A stretch of DNA of 64,000 nucleotides from a candidate division FCPU426 bacterium (GCA_963830915.1 CAWHOE010000035.1:1-64000), one strand, 5' to 3'. Counted from the first letter of the stretch, positions 9,921 through 21,745 are shown. Numbers and translations are program-made. Notes: generated by a model from the sequence alone, not told the origin.

Positions 9921-10541
9921 TTACTTGGAATACAATTCAACAATGAGCTGTTCCTGAACTGGAAGGGCAATCTCTTCCTTGCTTGGTATTTTCTTGAATA
10001 CCCCAGATACAATTCCAGTGTCCACTTCCAACCACTCAGGGACACCTCGTTTTTGAAGCTGTTCGATCGACTTCTTCAACATCACATTTTCTTTAAATTT
10101 ATCCAGAACAGTAATTTTGTCCCCGGCCCGTAAAGTATAGGAAGGGATATCGACTTTTTTGCCATTCACCATAATCTGTCCATGGCGAACAACCTGACGG
10201 GCTTGACTTCTGGACTCGGCAAATCCCATTCGATAAATGGTATTGTCTAACCTTTGTTCTAAAAGCTGGAGCAAGGTCTCGCCAGTAACCCCTTTCTTTC
10301 TCGATGCGATGGTGAAATATCGGCGGAATTGTTTTTCAAATAACCCATATATTCTTTTTACTTTTTGTTTTTCCCTTAACTGAAGACCGTATTCCGTGTC
10401 TTTGCGTCGTTTTTGTCCATGTTGACCCGGAGCAAAACTCCTTCTTTCAAAGGCGCATTTCTCGGTCTCACACCGGGTTCCCTTCAAATAAAGTTTCATT
10501 CCCTCACGACGACAAATTCGACAAACGGATTGATCACTCAT
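9921..10541 (-). CDS. rpsD: 30S ribosomal protein uS4 (Zn-binding Cys form)
   Basis: [28 protein letters not shown]. Confidence 0.97.
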   Translation of the reverse strand: MSDQSVCRICRREGMKLYLKGTRCETEKCAFERRSFAPGQHGQKRRKDTEYGLQLREKQKVKRIYGLFEKQFRRYFTIASRKKGVTGETLLQLLEQRLDNTIYRMGFAESRSQARQVVRHGQIMVNGKKVDIPSYTLRAGDKITVLDKFKENVMLKKSIEQLQKRGVPEWLEVDTGIVSGVFKKIPSKEEIALPVQEQLIVELYSK

Positions 10542-10556
10542 TCAAAACTCCTTTAT

Positions 10557-10994
10557 TTAAACGCGCCGACGTTTGGGCGGACGGCATCCATTATGCGGAA
10601 CTGGAGTAACATCTTTAATCATGGAAATCACCAACCCGCTTGTTTGAATAGCCCTTATCGCCGCTTCCCGACCCGATCCAGGACCCTTAACATAGACTTC
10701 AACGGATTTCATTCCGGCATCAACCGCTTTTTTCCCAGCCGCTTCAGCGGCAACCTGGGCAGCGAACGGAGTGGATTTTCGACTTCCCTTGAAACTCATC
10801 GACCCTGCTGAAGACCAAGCTATAACATTTCCCTTTGGATCTGTTATTGTTACCAAAGTGTTGTTAAACGTGCACTTGATATGAACCACACCGTTCCGAG
10901 GGGCCTTTTTTCCTTTTTTAGGGGCTGCACCCGCTGTCGGAACTGCTTTTTCAGGGGTTGAATCAGCTTTAACTTCCTTGTTTTCATCCGCCAC
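10557..10994 (-). CDS. rpsK: 30S ribosomal protein uS11
   Basis: [29 protein letters not shown]. Confidence 0.97.
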   Translation of the reverse strand: MADENKEVKADSTPEKAVPTAGAAPKKGKKAPRNGVVHIKCTFNNTLVTITDPKGNVIAWSSAGSMSFKGSRKSTPFAAQVAAEAAGKKAVDAGMKSVEVYVKGPGSGREAAIRAIQTSGLVISMIKDVTPVPHNGCRPPKRRRV

Positions 10995-11041
10995 TCTTTT
11001 TCTCCTTCACTTCCTGCCCCGAAAGGCAATTAAGCTTAATT

Positions 11042-11422
11042 TTATTCTTCTTTTTTCCGACCACTTCCAACCGTCTTCTTGGGACCTTTACGGGTACGGG
11101 CATTGGTTTTAGTCCGTTGTCCACGAACCGGAAGACCTTTTCGATGGCGGCTCCCTCGATAAGTGCCGATATCGATCAATCTTTTTATGTTCATGGAAAT
11201 TTCACGCCGAAGGTCACCTTCGACCTTAACATTGTCCACATTAAGGGCATTTTGAATCCTAGCAAGTTCATCTTCTTTTAGATTCTTCACCCGAACATCG
11301 GGATTTACACTGGCTTTCGCAAGTATCCGACGCGATAAAGCCAGCCCGATACCATAGATATAAGTCAGACCAATTTCTATACGTTTTTCTTTGGGTAAAT
11401 CTACTCCCGCAATTCTAGCCAT
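11042..11422 (-). CDS. rpsM: 30S ribosomal protein uS13
   Basis: [27 protein letters not shown]. Confidence 0.97.
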   Translation of the reverse strand: MARIAGVDLPKEKRIEIGLTYIYGIGLALSRRILAKASVNPDVRVKNLKEDELARIQNALNVDNVKVEGDLRREISMNIKRLIDIGTYRGSRHRKGLPVRGQRTKTNARTRKGPKKTVGSGRKKEE

Positions 11423-11435
11423 GCTTTCTCCTCAA

Positions 11436-11549
11436 TTATCCTTGTCTCTGTTTATGCTTAGGGTTAGTGCAGATAACCCTAATCACGCGTTTACGTCGAA
11501 TGACTTTACATTTATCACAAATAGGCTTAACTGACGAACGAACCTTCAT
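11436..11549 (-). CDS. rpmJ: 50S ribosomal protein bL36
   Basis: Below ORF-track cutoff; manual translation [37 protein letters not shown]. Confidence 0.97.
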   Translation of the reverse strand: MKVRSSVKPICDKCKVIRRKRVIRVICTNPKHKQRQG

Positions 11550-11564
11550 TTTAAAAACCTTTCT

Positions 11565-11783
11565 TTACTTGAAACGGTAAGTAATTCTTCCCCGATTTAG
11601 ATCGTAGGGAGAAAGTTCAACAGTAACTCGATCGCCAGGCAAGATACGGATAAAGTTCATCCTCATTTTTCCTGACACATGCGCCAAAACAACATGCTTG
11701 TTTTCCAATTCAACTCTGAAACTCGCGTTGGGAAGAGCTTCAATGACAGTCCCCTCAACCGAAATCGCTTCTTCCTTAGCCAT
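11565..11783 (-). CDS. infA: Translation initiation factor IF-1
   Basis: [29 protein letters not shown]. Confidence 0.97.
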   Translation of the reverse strand: MAKEEAISVEGTVIEALPNASFRVELENKHVVLAHVSGKMRMNFIRILPGDRVTVELSPYDLNRGRITYRFK

Positions 11784-11814
11784 ACGCCTCCATGCCCAAC
11801 TAATGGGGAAATAT

Positions 11815-12561
11815 TCAAACCCTCGTTAAATTCTCAGGTCCCTTTGCACCAATTGCGATGGTATCCTCAAAATGGGCTGAGAATTTACCATCTTTCGTTA
11901 CAACTGTCCAGCCATCCTCTAAAACCACCACATCATCCATACCCATATTTACCATGGGTTCAAGGGCTAAACACATTCCTTCTAAAATTTGTGGACCTTG
12001 ATGAGAAGTCCCATAATTAGGGACTTGGGGTTCTTCGTGCATTGCAGATCCAATGCCATGGCCCACATAATCCTTAACAACAGAAAAACCGTTCATTTCC
12101 ACGTATTTTTGAATCGCATGTCCAATATCCGAGATACGATTCCCAACCTGACATTGTTCTATGCCTACATCTAAAGCGCGAAAAGTAACTTCTAGCAGTT
12201 TATTAACCTCATTTGATACCTTACCAACCGGGAATGTTCTTGCGGAGTCCCCGCAATATCCCTTGTAAAACGCCCCTATATCTATCCCTACAATGTCGCC
12301 TTCTTTTAGGGTTCTTTTACTTGGAATCCCATGAACCACTTGTTCATTGATCGATGAACAAATAGTTCCTGGATAACCGTGGTATCCCAAAAAAGCAGGC
12401 ACACAATCTTTTTTCTTAAAAAAACTATAAGCGAATTTATCAAGCTCCAAGGTTGTAATACCAGGCCTGATCAACTTTTGAAGTTCAAGGAGCGCTTGTC
12501 CAACAACTCTTCCACTCACCCTCATCAACTTCAATTCAGATTCAGACTTAACGGTAATCAC
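11815..12561 (-). CDS. map: Methionine aminopeptidase type I
   Basis: VVHGIP, GHGIG..MHEEP, ALEPMVN, SAHFEDT. Confidence 0.96.
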   Translation of the reverse strand: MITVKSESELKLMRVSGRVVGQALLELQKLIRPGITTLELDKFAYSFFKKKDCVPAFLGYHGYPGTICSSINEQVVHGIPSKRTLKEGDIVGIDIGAFYKGYCGDSARTFPVGKVSNEVNKLLEVTFRALDVGIEQCQVGNRISDIGHAIQKYVEMNGFSVVKDYVGHGIGSAMHEEPQVPNYGTSHQGPQILEGMCLALEPMVNMGMDDVVVLEDGWTVVTKDGKFSAHFEDTIAIGAKGPENLTRV

Positions 12562-13217
12562 TACCCTTTATTCACTTTCTCCAGTACATCAATAATCTTT
12601 TTGAAAGATTCGTTAAACTCACCCTCGCATGCGACTCGAACTAAAAATCCTTTTTTGTCGTAAAATTCGATCAAGGGCGCTGTATCTTTTTGATACACCG
12701 CTAACCGATTTTCAATTGTTTCAGGAAGATCATCCGTTCTCTGGATTAAATTTTTACCACATTTATCGCAAACACCTTCTATTTGGGGTTTCATTGTCTC
12801 AATATTAAAAGTTGAACCACAATTGGGGCAAACCCTTCGACCCGTGAGTCGCTTGATCAGCGTCCCCTTGCTGACCTCTATTTTAACTACCGCGGTCAAC
12901 GCGATTTTCAATTCCTTTAACATCCCATCAAGGCTTTCCGCTTGAGGAACAGTTCTAGGAAAACCGTCTAGGATGAAACCCTCTGATGCATCCTGTAATT
13001 TGATTCTTTCTTTGATTAATCCGATCACGACCGCATCCGGTACTAAAGCCCCTTTTTTCATATATTCTTGGGCTTCTTTACCCAATATAGAGCCTTCTTT
13101 AACCGCAGTTCGCAACATATCACCAGTAGAAATTTGTGGGATCGCGTATTTTTTCACTAGAGCGCCAGAATAAGTACCTTTACCTGCGCCCGGTTCACCA
13201 AGAAGAATGATTCTCAT
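12561..13217 (-). CDS. adk: Adenylate kinase (Zn-lid form)
   Basis: GEPGAGKGT, STGDMLR, LDGFPRT, CxxC...CxxC lid. Confidence 0.97.
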   Translation of the reverse strand: MRIILLGEPGAGKGTYSGALVKKYAIPQISTGDMLRTAVKEGSILGKEAQEYMKKGALVPDAVVIGLIKERIKLQDASEGFILDGFPRTVPQAESLDGMLKELKIALTAVVKIEVSKGTLIKRLTGRRVCPNCGSTFNIETMKPQIEGVCDKCGKNLIQRTDDLPETIENRLAVYQKDTAPLIEFYDKKGFLVRVACEGEFNESFKKIIDVLEKVNKG

Positions 13218-14545
13218 TAAAAAGCGCTCCGTCCTTTTAATCGGCCCTTTTTCATAAAGCCGTCGTAATGCCTCATCAACAGATGAGATTCAATTTGTTT
13301 CATGGTATCGAGAGCAACACCCACGATAATTAAAAGTGAGGTTCCTCCAAAATAAATTGGTATGTTCAATTTTCTTGTTAAAAGTTCGGGGAACACCGCT
13401 ACTGCACAAACCGCAAGAGCGCCCCAGATGGTTATCCGGGTTAAAGTACGATCAATGAATTCAGCAGTAGGTTGTCCAGGACGAATACCAGGGATAAAAC
13501 CACCATATTTTTTCATATTTTCTGAAAGATCCGTCGGATTGAAGGCAATCGCAGTATAAAAATAACAAAAGAAAACTATCAAAGCCGAATATAAAACGTA
13601 ATAAATGAATGCCCCAGGTGAAAAATTACGTGTGATAAAATCCATTAACCCATATGCCCATCCATCTTCAGGAACCATTGATTCAAGATAACGAGCGATC
13701 TGGGCAGGAAATACTAAAATCGAAGATGCAAAGATAACTGCGATAACACCTGAATAATCGACCTTTAAAGGAAGTTGAGTTGATTGGCCTTTGAAAACTT
13801 GACGCCCAACGACCCTAGTAGCGTACTGAACGGGAATTTTTCTCGCACCCTGTTGAAGAATAACGATAAAAGCGATAGTGGCAATTGTGAACAGCCCAAA
13901 TAATATAAGTGCGAAAAGACTGACTTGACCGATGTTAAAAAGCCTTAAAGTGGCAGCTATTTCGCCCGGCAACCCGGCGACGATACCTGCGAAAATAATT
14001 AATGATATTCCATTCCCAACTCCATATTCAGTAACTTGCTCGCCGAGCCACATGATGAAAACAGTCCCTGTTGTCAAAGCAAGTACCGTCATAATTTGAA
14101 AACCTATACCCCAATGGTAAACAACATTTTCCCCGAACGATTTAAGTAAATATGTTGTTCCCGTTCCTTGAATGATACATAGCGCGACAGTACCAATCCT
14201 TGTGTATTGAGTGATTTTTCTTCTCCCCATTTCACCCTCTTTTGACAGCTTTTCGAGTGTGGGAATAACAGCTGTTAACAATTGAAGAATGATGGACATA
14301 CTGATATATGGCATCACACCCAATGCAAAAATAGAAGACTGTTTCAGGGCTCCGCCAGAAAACAAATTTAAAAATCCTAGAATTCCACCACCCTGATTTT
14401 TAAAAAAATTGTCCAAGTATCCAACATTGATTCCAGGAATCGGGATATGAATCCCAATTCGATAAACCAATAATATGCCGAATGTAAACAGAACCCGACT
14501 TTTTAGCTCTGGTACACGAAAAATGTTTGTAAAAGCAGAAAACAC
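13217..14545 (-). CDS. secY: Preprotein translocase SecY
   Basis: SIFALGVMPYI, GVGNGISLIIF, FIPGIRPG, GGTSLLI. Confidence 0.98.
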   Translation of the reverse strand: MFSAFTNIFRVPELKSRVLFTFGILLVYRIGIHIPIPGINVGYLDNFFKNQGGGILGFLNLFSGGALKQSSIFALGVMPYISMSIILQLLTAVIPTLEKLSKEGEMGRRKITQYTRIGTVALCIIQGTGTTYLLKSFGENVVYHWGIGFQIMTVLALTTGTVFIMWLGEQVTEYGVGNGISLIIFAGIVAGLPGEIAATLRLFNIGQVSLFALILFGLFTIATIAFIVILQQGARKIPVQYATRVVGRQVFKGQSTQLPLKVDYSGVIAVIFASSILVFPAQIARYLESMVPEDGWAYGLMDFITRNFSPGAFIYYVLYSALIVFFCYFYTAIAFNPTDLSENMKKYGGFIPGIRPGQPTAEFIDRTLTRITIWGALAVCAVAVFPELLTRKLNIPIYFGGTSLLIIVGVALDTMKQIESHLLMRHYDGFMKKGRLKGRSAF

Positions 14546-14982
14546 TACAATACCTCCGTCATTCCACCCGCGGCTTTGATTTTCTCTATAGCTGAATTAC
14601 TGAAAGCATGGGCTTTGACGGTCAATTTGGTTTTCAATTCCCCATTTCCCAAAACCTTGACGTTCTCATTCCCGCGGATCAAACCTTTTTCCTTCATTTC
14701 AGCAGGGGTCACTGTAGTTCCATTCTCAAAAACCGATAACTGATCAATATTCACCACATCGAATTGGACCCGACTGAAATTCTTAAAACCCCTGATTGGC
14801 AACCGACGATAAATCGGAGTTTGTCCACCTTCAAAACCAGGGCGTACTCCTCCACCAGTTCTGGAATTTTGACCTTTATGACCGCGTGTCGATGTTTTAC
14901 CATGGCCTGAGCCAGGACCTTTTCCTACAATTTTCCTTCGTTTAACTGCTCCATGCGCCGGCTTCAATTCAGATATTTTCAT
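14545..14982 (-). CDS. rplO: 50S ribosomal protein uL15
   Basis: [23 protein letters not shown]. Confidence 0.97.
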   Translation of the reverse strand: MKISELKPAHGAVKRRKIVGKGPGSGHGKTSTRGHKGQNSRTGGGVRPGFEGGQTPIYRRLPIRGFKNFSRVQFDVVNIDQLSVFENGTTVTPAEMKEKGLIRGNENVKVLGNGELKTKLTVKAHAFSNSAIEKIKAAGGMTEVL

Positions 14983-14993
14983 CTTTTCGACCT

Positions 14994-15170
14994 TTATTTT
15001 TTGATTTCTATTAAATAACCGATTTTATCCAACATCCCTCTAATCACAGGTGTATCAGGTCTAACTACGGTTTGTCTAATCCTACTCAACCCCAATGCTT
15101 GAGCAATTTTGACATGTTTGGGTAAACGGCCATTCAAGCTCTTAATTAGTTGGATCTTTAATTCGCTCAT
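14994..15170 (-). CDS. rpmD: 50S ribosomal protein uL30
   Basis: Below cutoff; manual translation [58 protein letters not shown], syntenic between rpsE and rplO. Confidence 0.95.
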   Translation of the reverse strand: MSELKIQLIKSLNGRLPKHVKIAQALGLSRIRQTVVRPDTPVIRGMLDKIGYLIEIKK

Positions 15171-15679
15171 GATTTTGTAACCCCAATCAAACTTTCAACT
15201 GTTTTTCCCCTTAATGCAGCCACCGCTTCTGGGGATTGTATGCTACTTAACCCTTTCAATGCGGCCTGAACAACATTGAATACATTGTCTGATCGAATGG
15301 ATTTGGTCAAAACATCATGTATTCCAGCCAACTCGCAAACAGCCCTTACCCCGCCACCCGCAATGATTCCCGTTCCAGGAGCCGCCGGTTTTAACATAAC
15401 CCTGGAAGCCTTGAACACGCCAATAACCTCGTGATAAATCGTAAAATTCTTTAAAGGTACTTTAATTAAATTTTTCTTAGCGTCTTCAACCGCTTTTCTG
15501 ATTGCATCCGGAACTTCACTGGCTTTTCCTGTTCCAATTCCCACATATCCATGACCGTCTCCAAGTACCACTAAAACGGAAAAGCTAAAACGCCGTCCGC
15601 CCTTGACCACCTTGGCTACACGGTTAATATGGACAACTTTTTCTTTCAAATCTAATTTGGATGCATCTATCCGTGCCAT
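15167..15679 (-). CDS. rpsE: 30S ribosomal protein uS5
   Basis: [25 protein letters not shown]. Confidence 0.97.
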   Translation of the reverse strand: MARIDASKLDLKEKVVHINRVAKVVKGGRRFSFSVLVVLGDGHGYVGIGTGKASEVPDAIRKAVEDAKKNLIKVPLKNFTIYHEVIGVFKASRVMLKPAAPGTGIIAGGGVRAVCELAGIHDVLTKSIRSDNVFNVVQAALKGLSSIQSPEAVAALRGKTVESLIGVTKS

Positions 15680-15695
15680 TTTTTTCCTTCGTTTC

Positions 15696-16061
15696 TTAAA
15701 ATTCCAACCCGTTGGCTCTGGCCGCTTCGGCCAACGCCTTCACTCGGCCGTGGTAAATATACCCACCTCTATCAAAAACGACCTTTGTAATTGACTTCCC
15801 TTTAGCGGTTTTTGCGATTTGCTCACCAACCAATTTTGCCGAATCAATATTTCCGCCCGATTTAATTTTCGATCGTAAGTTCTTATCGAAGCTTGCTGCC
15901 GAAACCAAGGTAACTCCCTTGATATCATCGATAATTTGCGCGGTTATGTTTTTTGCCCCACGATGAATGACCAAACGAGGCCGCTCGCCTGTTCCAGCAA
16001 CCTTTTTCCGTATCCGCTCATGTCGGTGAAGTCTTTTATAATTTTGTAATCGCAACTGCAT
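15696..16061 (-). CDS. rplR: 50S ribosomal protein uL18
   Basis: [25 protein letters not shown]. Confidence 0.97.
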   Translation of the reverse strand: MQLRLQNYKRLHRHERIRKKVAGTGERPRLVIHRGAKNITAQIIDDIKGVTLVSAASFDKNLRSKIKSGGNIDSAKLVGEQIAKTAKGKSITKVVFDRGGYIYHGRVKALAEAARANGLEF

Positions 16062-16079
16062 GAAAGAACTCCTCGTCTT

Positions 16080-16652
16080 TTATTTTGCCCCACCGGCTTT
16101 TCCGGTGGCACCTGTTTTACCTACCTTTTTACGAACATATTCCCCAAAATATCGTATCCCGGTACCTTTATAGACCTCCGGGGGTTTTACTCTCCGTATT
16201 TTGGCGGCTACTTCACCCACCAAATATTTATCGATCCCTTTGACGGTTAAAAGAGTTTGTTTTTCGATATCGATAGAAACCCCTTTAGGGAGATCCATAA
16301 CAATTGGATGACTGAAACCCAAGGTCATATTTAACTTACCTTTGTCAACAGCGGCACGATACCCTACTCCTTGAATTTCCAATTTCTTTTCAAAACCCAT
16401 CGAAACACCTTGGATCATGTTTTTTATCAAGGCATGTGTAAGACCGTGATTCGCCCCTAAAGTCTTTTTATCTGAATTGGGTCCTTCAATCGTACTCACT
16501 AATAAGTTCTTATCCTGGATCTCGATCTTGATACCAGGCATCAAACCGTAAGTTAACGTTCCTTTGGGACCTTCAACCGATAGCTGGTTGCCCTCGGTTT
16601 TAAGTTTTACCCCGGTTGGTATTTGAATTGGTTTTTTGGCAATCCGCGCCAT
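16080..16652 (-). CDS. rplF: 50S ribosomal protein uL6
   Basis: MARIAKKPI, GVGYRA, LGFSHP, PPEVYKGTGI; start set at ATG 16652. Confidence 0.96.
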   Translation of the reverse strand: MARIAKKPIQIPTGVKLKTEGNQLSVEGPKGTLTYGLMPGIKIEIQDKNLLVSTIEGPNSDKKTLGANHGLTHALIKNMIQGVSMGFEKKLEIQGVGYRAAVDKGKLNMTLGFSHPIVMDLPKGVSIDIEKQTLLTVKGIDKYLVGEVAAKIRRVKPPEVYKGTGIRYFGEYVRKKVGKTGATGKAGGAK

Positions 16653-16680
16653 AACTTCTCCCTTGCATTCGAAACTTGAA

Positions 16681-17082
16681 TTAATGAACCAGACAGAGAA
16701 CCTCACCACCAACACCTTGTTGACGAGCTTGCTGATCCGTCAAGATGCCTTTGGAGGTGGATAAAATTGCGATCCCTAAGCCACCAATAACCTTTGGAAC
16801 TCTCGTCTTACCGGTGTAATAACGGCGTCCCGATCGACTAACACGATTAATGGTTGAAATAACCCTTTCTCTCTTGTCGCCGTATTTCATCGAAATACGA
16901 ATCATTGAGGGACGTCCTTTATCTTCAATGACTTTATAATTCTTTATGAAACCTTCTTCCGAAAGAATTCTTGCTATTTCAATTTTCAATTTAGAAAAGG
17001 GAATATCGACCTTTTCTTTGTACATATGATTCGCATTTCGAATTCTAGTCAACATATCTGCGATCGGATCACTCATTGACAT
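16681..17082 (-). CDS. rpsH: 30S ribosomal protein uS8
   Basis: [25 protein letters not shown]. Confidence 0.97.
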   Translation of the reverse strand: MSMSDPIADMLTRIRNANHMYKEKVDIPFSKLKIEIARILSEEGFIKNYKVIEDKGRPSMIRISMKYGDKRERVISTINRVSRSGRRYYTGKTRVPKVIGGLGIAILSTSKGILTDQQARQQGVGGEVLCLVH

Positions 17083-17097
17083 TTTTCATTTCTCCTT

Positions 17098-17283
17098 CTA
17101 CCAACTAGCCTTGATTACGCCGGGGATCTTACCTTCCCCAGCAAGGTTACGAAAACAGATACGACACATTCCAAAACGCCTCAGGAAAGCTCTTGGACGC
17201 CCACAAATATTACATCTGTGATAGCCACGAACTTTGAACTTGGGCTTTTTTTTCTGTTTATTGACCAAACATTTTTTCGCCAT
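17098..17283 (-). CDS. rpsN: 30S ribosomal protein uS14, short Zn-binding type
   Basis: 61 aa, RCNICGRPR...[15 protein letters not shown]. Confidence 0.97.
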   Translation of the reverse strand: MAKKCLVNKQKKKPKFKVRGYHRCNICGRPRAFLRRFGMCRICFRNLAGEGKIPGVIKASW

Positions 17284-17291
17284 TGAATCTC

Positions 17292-17852
17292 CTAATTTCT
17301 AAAAGGCATTCCCAACAATCTTAATAATTCCTTGGCTTGTTCATCATTCTTCGAATTCGTAACAAAAGTGATATCCATTCCATGGATAGATTGAACGCTA
17401 TCAAAGTTGATCTCCGGGAAAATGATCTGTTCTTTTAGACCAAGGGTATAATTCCCTCTACCGTCGAAAGAACGAGTTGGCACTCCCCTAAAATCCCTTA
17501 TACGGGGAAGCGCGATCATGAATAAACGTTCCATAAATTGGAACATTCTGTTACCTCGCATCGTAACTTTACATCCTAAAGGCTGATCGGCTCTGAGTTT
17601 GAAGTTAGAAATGGCTTTTTTCGACCGTGTAACGGCAGGCTTTTGACCAGTAATCAGTGTCAATTCATCGACAGCGATATCAAGAAGTTTGATGTTGTTC
17701 TCAGAAGCCGCTTTGCCGACACAAATATTGATGATAATTTTTTCCACCTTGGGCACTTCCATAACATTCTTTATGGAAAATTTTTTCATCAATTCCGGCA
17801 TCACTTCTTTTTGGTACTTTTCTTTAAGTAATGTTGTTGTTATCGTCGTCAT
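17292..17852 (-). CDS. rplE: 50S ribosomal protein uL5
   Basis: [28 protein letters not shown]; start set at ATG 17852. Confidence 0.96.
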   Translation of the reverse strand: MTTITTTLLKEKYQKEVMPELMKKFSIKNVMEVPKVEKIIINICVGKAASENNIKLLDIAVDELTLITGQKPAVTRSKKAISNFKLRADQPLGCKVTMRGNRMFQFMERLFMIALPRIRDFRGVPTRSFDGRGNYTLGLKEQIIFPEINFDSVQSIHGMDITFVTNSKNDEQAKELLRLLGMPFRN

Positions 17853-17853
17853 C

Positions 17854-18174
17854 TCACTTTTCCTTATCCAATATTTCCCCACATTTTTTACAAACGCGGG
17901 CCTTTTTTCCAGTTCCTAACAGTTTATGTGAAATCCTTGTTGCCTTCCCACACTTTGAACAAACCACCTGAAGATTTGAAATATGCATGGGAGCCTCTTT
18001 TTCCATGATCCCACCTTGTGGCAATTGTTGATTGGGGCGGGTATGGCGTTTGACCATGTTCACTTTTTCCACCAAAGCTTTTTCAACTTTCGGGAATATT
18101 TTCAATACTCGGCCTTTTTTTCCCTTGTCCTTACCGGTCAATATCAAAACCGTATCTTCTCGATGAACGTGCAT
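17854..18174 (-). CDS. rplX: 50S ribosomal protein uL24
   Basis: [22 protein letters not shown]. Confidence 0.96.
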   Translation of the reverse strand: MHVHREDTVLILTGKDKGKKGRVLKIFPKVEKALVEKVNMVKRHTRPNQQLPQGGIMEKEAPMHISNLQVVCSKCGKATRISHKLLGTGKKARVCKKCGEILDKEK

Positions 18175-18177
18175 GAT

Positions 18178-18546
18178 TTAAAGAACCTCCGGAGCCAACG
18201 AAATAATCTTCATGAAATTCTTTTCCCTCAATTCCCTTGTGACTGGTCCAAAAATCCGAGTTCCCCGAGGGCTTAATTGATCATTAATAATCACAGCGGC
18301 ATTTTCATCGAATCGAATGGTAGAACCATCAGGGCGGCAAAAAACTCTTTTTTGCCGCACAACAACCGCTTTAACAACCTCACTTTTTTTTACGCCGGCA
18401 CCAGGAATAGCTTCTTTAACCGCGGCAACAATAACATCACCAATGGCCGCATATCTTCTTTTTGTACCACCTAAAACATGTATACACATGATCTTTGTAG
18501 CTCCACTATTATCGGCAACATTAAGCATGGTCTGAGGCATGATCAT
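18178..18546 (-). CDS. rplN: 50S ribosomal protein uL14
   Basis: [25 protein letters not shown]; start set at ATG 18546. Confidence 0.97.
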   Translation of the reverse strand: MIMPQTMLNVADNSGATKIMCIHVLGGTKRRYAAIGDVIVAAVKEAIPGAGVKKSEVVKAVVVRQKRVFCRPDGSTIRFDENAAVIINDQLSPRGTRIFGPVTRELREKNFMKIISLAPEVL

Positions 18547-18830
18547 ACTTTTGCCTCCTCTATTTCGACGGCTTTTTTCAGGATTTTTACCAACCGCCAA
18601 TGTTTCTCAGCACTGATCGGTTTTGTCTCTGTGATCAGAACAATATCCCCTTTTTTGGTTTCATTTTTTGGATCATGAATTTTAAATTTGCTGCTTTTAC
18701 GAATTAATTTCTGATACAGCGGGTGTTTAACCAAACGCTCGATCGAAACCACGGCTGTTTTATCCATTTTTCTACTTAATACAACTGCCGTTTTAACTCG
18801 AGCTGCGGGTCTTTTACTGTTAGAAGTCAT
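18543..18830 (-). CDS. rpsQ: 30S ribosomal protein uS17
   Basis: KMDKT, HPLY.K, ETKPIS..K.W; start set at ATG 18830. Confidence 0.95.
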   Translation of the reverse strand: MTSNSKRPAARVKTAVVLSRKMDKTAVVSIERLVKHPLYQKLIRKSSKFKIHDPKNETKKGDIVLITETKPISAEKHWRLVKILKKAVEIEEAKV

Positions 18831-18840
18831 TAAATTCTCC

Positions 18841-19041
18841 TCAAGCCTTTGGACCATTTTCTTTTTCATGAAGAATCGTTTTCAACCGCGCTACTTGATG
18901 TCTTGCTTCCCTGATTTTCATCGGATTTTCCAACTGTTTCGTCGACAATTGGATTTTCAGATTAAAAAGTTCTTCTTCTTTACTGATTAATTGTTGTTTT
19001 ACTTGTTCAACACTCAAATCACGTATTTCCTTAGACTTCAT
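18841..19041 (-). CDS. rpmC: 50S ribosomal protein uL29
   Basis: EELFNLK, QLENP..IR..R..VARLKT. Confidence 0.95.
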   Translation of the reverse strand: MKSKEIRDLSVEQVKQQLISKEEELFNLKIQLSTKQLENPMKIREARHQVARLKTILHEKENGPKA

Positions 19042-19463
19042 GAGACACCTCCCATTTGGTCACGGGTGATGTATTTTGTTTTTACCGGCAACTTATGGGA
19101 AGCCAATTCAAAAGCCTCTCGTGCAATTGGCTCTGGACAACCACTAACTTCAAATAGAATCCTTCCAGGTTTCACAACCGCCGCCCAATGATCTGGAGCT
19201 CCCTTACCACCTCCCATACGAACTTCGGCCGGTTTACGGGTGATAGGTTTATCTGGAAAAATTCGTACCCATAATTTCCCAACACGTTTCATGTGACGGT
19301 TAATCGCAACGCGAGCCGCTTCGATTTGACGGTCCGTAACGTAGCTTGCGCTTTCTGATTTCAAAGCATATTCCCCAAAAGCAAAAGCTGCGCCATTCTT
19401 TGTTTGGCCTCGCATACGGCCTTTCATTGTCTTTCTGTATTTCACTCGTTTTGGCATTAACAT
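19038..19463 (-). CDS. rplP: 50S ribosomal protein uL16
   Basis: [25 protein letters not shown]. Confidence 0.97.
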   Translation of the reverse strand: MLMPKRVKYRKTMKGRMRGQTKNGAAFAFGEYALKSESASYVTDRQIEAARVAINRHMKRVGKLWVRIFPDKPITRKPAEVRMGGGKGAPDHWAAVVKPGRILFEVSGCPEPIAREAFELASHKLPVKTKYITRDQMGGVS

Positions 19464-19477
19464 AAAAAATCCCTCAT

Positions 19478-20203
19478 TTAAGACTTAGTAGTTTTAGATT
19501 CAGAAGGCCTTCGCTCACGTTCTTTTTGTCTTGGTTTGGTCGGAATCACCTCTTCTACCGCTTTATCTTTCGAGCCAAATATTTCCCGTTTAAAAACCCA
19601 GCATTTAACACCAATGGTTCCATAGGTTGTATTCGAAACAGCAATTCCAAAATCAATGTCAGCTCTCAATGTATGAAGTGGAACCCTACCTTCACGGTAC
19701 CATTCCGTTCTAGCGATTTCCGCCCCAGCCAAACGACCCGAGCACATGATCTTTATCCCTTTCGCTCCACCATCCAGCGCGCTTTGTATGCATTTTTTCA
19801 TGGCACGTCTGAAAGCCACGCGTTTTTCCAATTGGCCAGCAACGTTTTCAGCTATGAGTTGCGCATTTGTTTCAGGATGTTTTTCCTCATTGATGTTTAT
19901 GCGAACTTCTTTTTTCGTGAATTGCTGGAGTTCCTCTTTCAACTTATCGACTTCCGAACCCTTTTTCCCAATCACAATACCAGGCCGCGAAGCGAATATG
20001 TCCACCTCAACAGTTTCACCTTTGCGTTTTAAAACAACCTTCGAGATACCCGCGTGTTTCAAACGCAATTTGACGAATTTACGAATCTCTATATCTTCCA
20101 AAAGGGTTTGAGTATAAATTTTCTTTTTCGCGTTGAACCAAAGCGAATCCCAATCCCGCGTGATTCCAACCCTCAAACCAATTGGATTAATTTTCTGTCC
20201 CAA
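19478..20203 (-). CDS. rpsC: 30S ribosomal protein uS3
   Basis: [36 protein letters not shown] start. Confidence 0.97.
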   Translation of the reverse strand: MGQKINPIGLRVGITRDWDSLWFNAKKKIYTQTLLEDIEIRKFVKLRLKHAGISKVVLKRKGETVEVDIFASRPGIVIGKKGSEVDKLKEELQQFTKKEVRININEEKHPETNAQLIAENVAGQLEKRVAFRRAMKKCIQSALDGGAKGIKIMCSGRLAGAEIARTEWYREGRVPLHTLRADIDFGIAVSNTTYGTIGVKCWVFKREIFGSKDKAVEEVIPTKPRQKERERRPSESKTTKS

Positions 20204-20227
20204 AAGAACCTCCCGAAATTAGACTAG

Positions 20228-20578
20228 CTATTTTTTTGATTCGTCGGAAACAACAACCTTTATGTGGCTGGTTCGTTTATGAATTGCGCTCGCTCTTCCC
20301 ATTGCCCGGGGTATAAATCTTCTGGCGTTCTGTAACATCGGGCCACCGTCAACTTCCACCGACTTGACAATCAAGTTATCGATATCTACCCGGGTATTTT
20401 GTCCGGCGTTCGAAACAGCCGCTTTCAATACTTTTGCGATCACATCAGCCGCCCTTTTCTTGGTAAATGCCAAGATGTTCAAGGCTTCCACAACTTTCTT
20501 TTTACGGATTAAATCCACCACTTGGCGTGCTTTTCTTGGTGTCACTCTCGTGAAACGCGAAATAGCTTGAGCTTGCAT
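20228..20578 (-). CDS. rplV: 50S ribosomal protein uL22
   Basis: PRKAR.VVDLIR, PRAMGRA, KRTSHI. Confidence 0.96.
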   Translation of the reverse strand: MQAQAISRFTRVTPRKARQVVDLIRKKKVVEALNILAFTKKRAADVIAKVLKAAVSNAGQNTRVDIDNLIVKSVEVDGGPMLQNARRFIPRAMGRASAIHKRTSHIKVVVSDESKK

Positions 20579-20603
20579 TTTTCTACCCTCGTTCTTTGGT
20601 CGA

Positions 20604-20891
20604 TTACTTTAGAGCGACAGCTTTTTCAGTCCTTGCGGCGCCATGGGCTTTAAAAGTCCTTGTTGGCGCAAACTCACCCAATTTATGCCCAACCATATTT
20701 TCAGTTATGAAAACGGGGATGAATTTTTTACCGTTATGAATAGCGAAAGTATGACCCACCATTTCAGGATGAATGGAAAACCGGCGTACATAGGTCTTGA
20801 TCACCTTTTTCTCATTGGTGCGATTCATCTTTTGAATCACTTTCAACAATTTAGAGTCCACATAGGGCCCTTTTTTTAAAGATCTACTCAT
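20604..20891 (-). CDS. rpsS: 30S ribosomal protein uS19
   Basis: [26 protein letters not shown]. Confidence 0.97.
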   Translation of the reverse strand: MSRSLKKGPYVDSKLLKVIQKMNRTNEKKVIKTYVRRFSIHPEMVGHTFAIHNGKKFIPVFITENMVGHKLGEFAPTRTFKAHGAARTEKAVALK

Positions 20892-20915
20892 GGCTTAATC
20901 CTTATTGAATACTTT

Positions 20916-21740
20916 TTACTTGCGACGCTTAACGATGTACTTATCCGTTAACTTATTTTGGCGAGTTTTATACCCTTTGGTTGGTTTTCCCCATGGAGTT
21001 GTCGGATGACGTCCACCCGAAGTCTTACCTTCACCACCACCCATTGGATGTCCATCACCTGGTCTCGTCACCACACCCCGCGACTGGGGCCTCTCGCCCA
21101 TCCATCTCATACGACCAGCTTTTCCGATGCTTACATTGTTATGCTCTAAATTCCCTATTTGACCCATTGAGGCCATACATTCAATATGGATTTTTCTCAT
21201 TTCACCCGAAGGAAGTTTAACCGTGGCATAATCACCATCACGTGCCATCAATTGAGCCACCGCTCCTGCTGCCCTAACTAGCTGTCCGCCTTTACCAGGA
21301 CGGATCTCAATATTGTGAATCATGGACCCCATGGGCACATCTTTTAGTTTCATCGCATGTCCTGGTTTAACGTCCGCGCCCAAACCAGATAGAACGGTAT
21401 CACCGACTTGAAAACCCTCCGGGGCTAAAATATATTTCTTTCCACCATCAAGAAATTGGACCAGAGCGATTCGCGAACTTCGATTTGGATCGTATTCCAG
21501 GGAAACAACCTTTGCTGACATACCAACCTTATCCCGTCCAAAATCGATCAATCGATACTGTCTTTTATGACCAGCACCACGATGGCGACTGGTGATTCGG
21601 CCATGCATATTACGGCCACCCGTTCCTCGGAGTGGTTCCGTCAAACCCTTTTCAGGAGCTTTCTTCGTGAGCTTTTCACCCGTAATAGCCGTCATAGCCC
21701 TTCGGCCTGGTGATGTCGGTTTGTAAATTTTAATTGGCAT
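20916..21740 (-). CDS. rplB: 50S ribosomal protein uL2
   Basis: [26 protein letters not shown]. Confidence 0.97.
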   Translation of the reverse strand: MPIKIYKPTSPGRRAMTAITGEKLTKKAPEKGLTEPLRGTGGRNMHGRITSRHRGAGHKRQYRLIDFGRDKVGMSAKVVSLEYDPNRSSRIALVQFLDGGKKYILAPEGFQVGDTVLSGLGADVKPGHAMKLKDVPMGSMIHNIEIRPGKGGQLVRAAGAVAQLMARDGDYATVKLPSGEMRKIHIECMASMGQIGNLEHNNVSIGKAGRMRWMGERPQSRGVVTRPGDGHPMGGGEGKTSGGRHPTTPWGKPTKGYKTRQNKLTDKYIVKRRK

Positions 21741-21745
21741 ATTTT

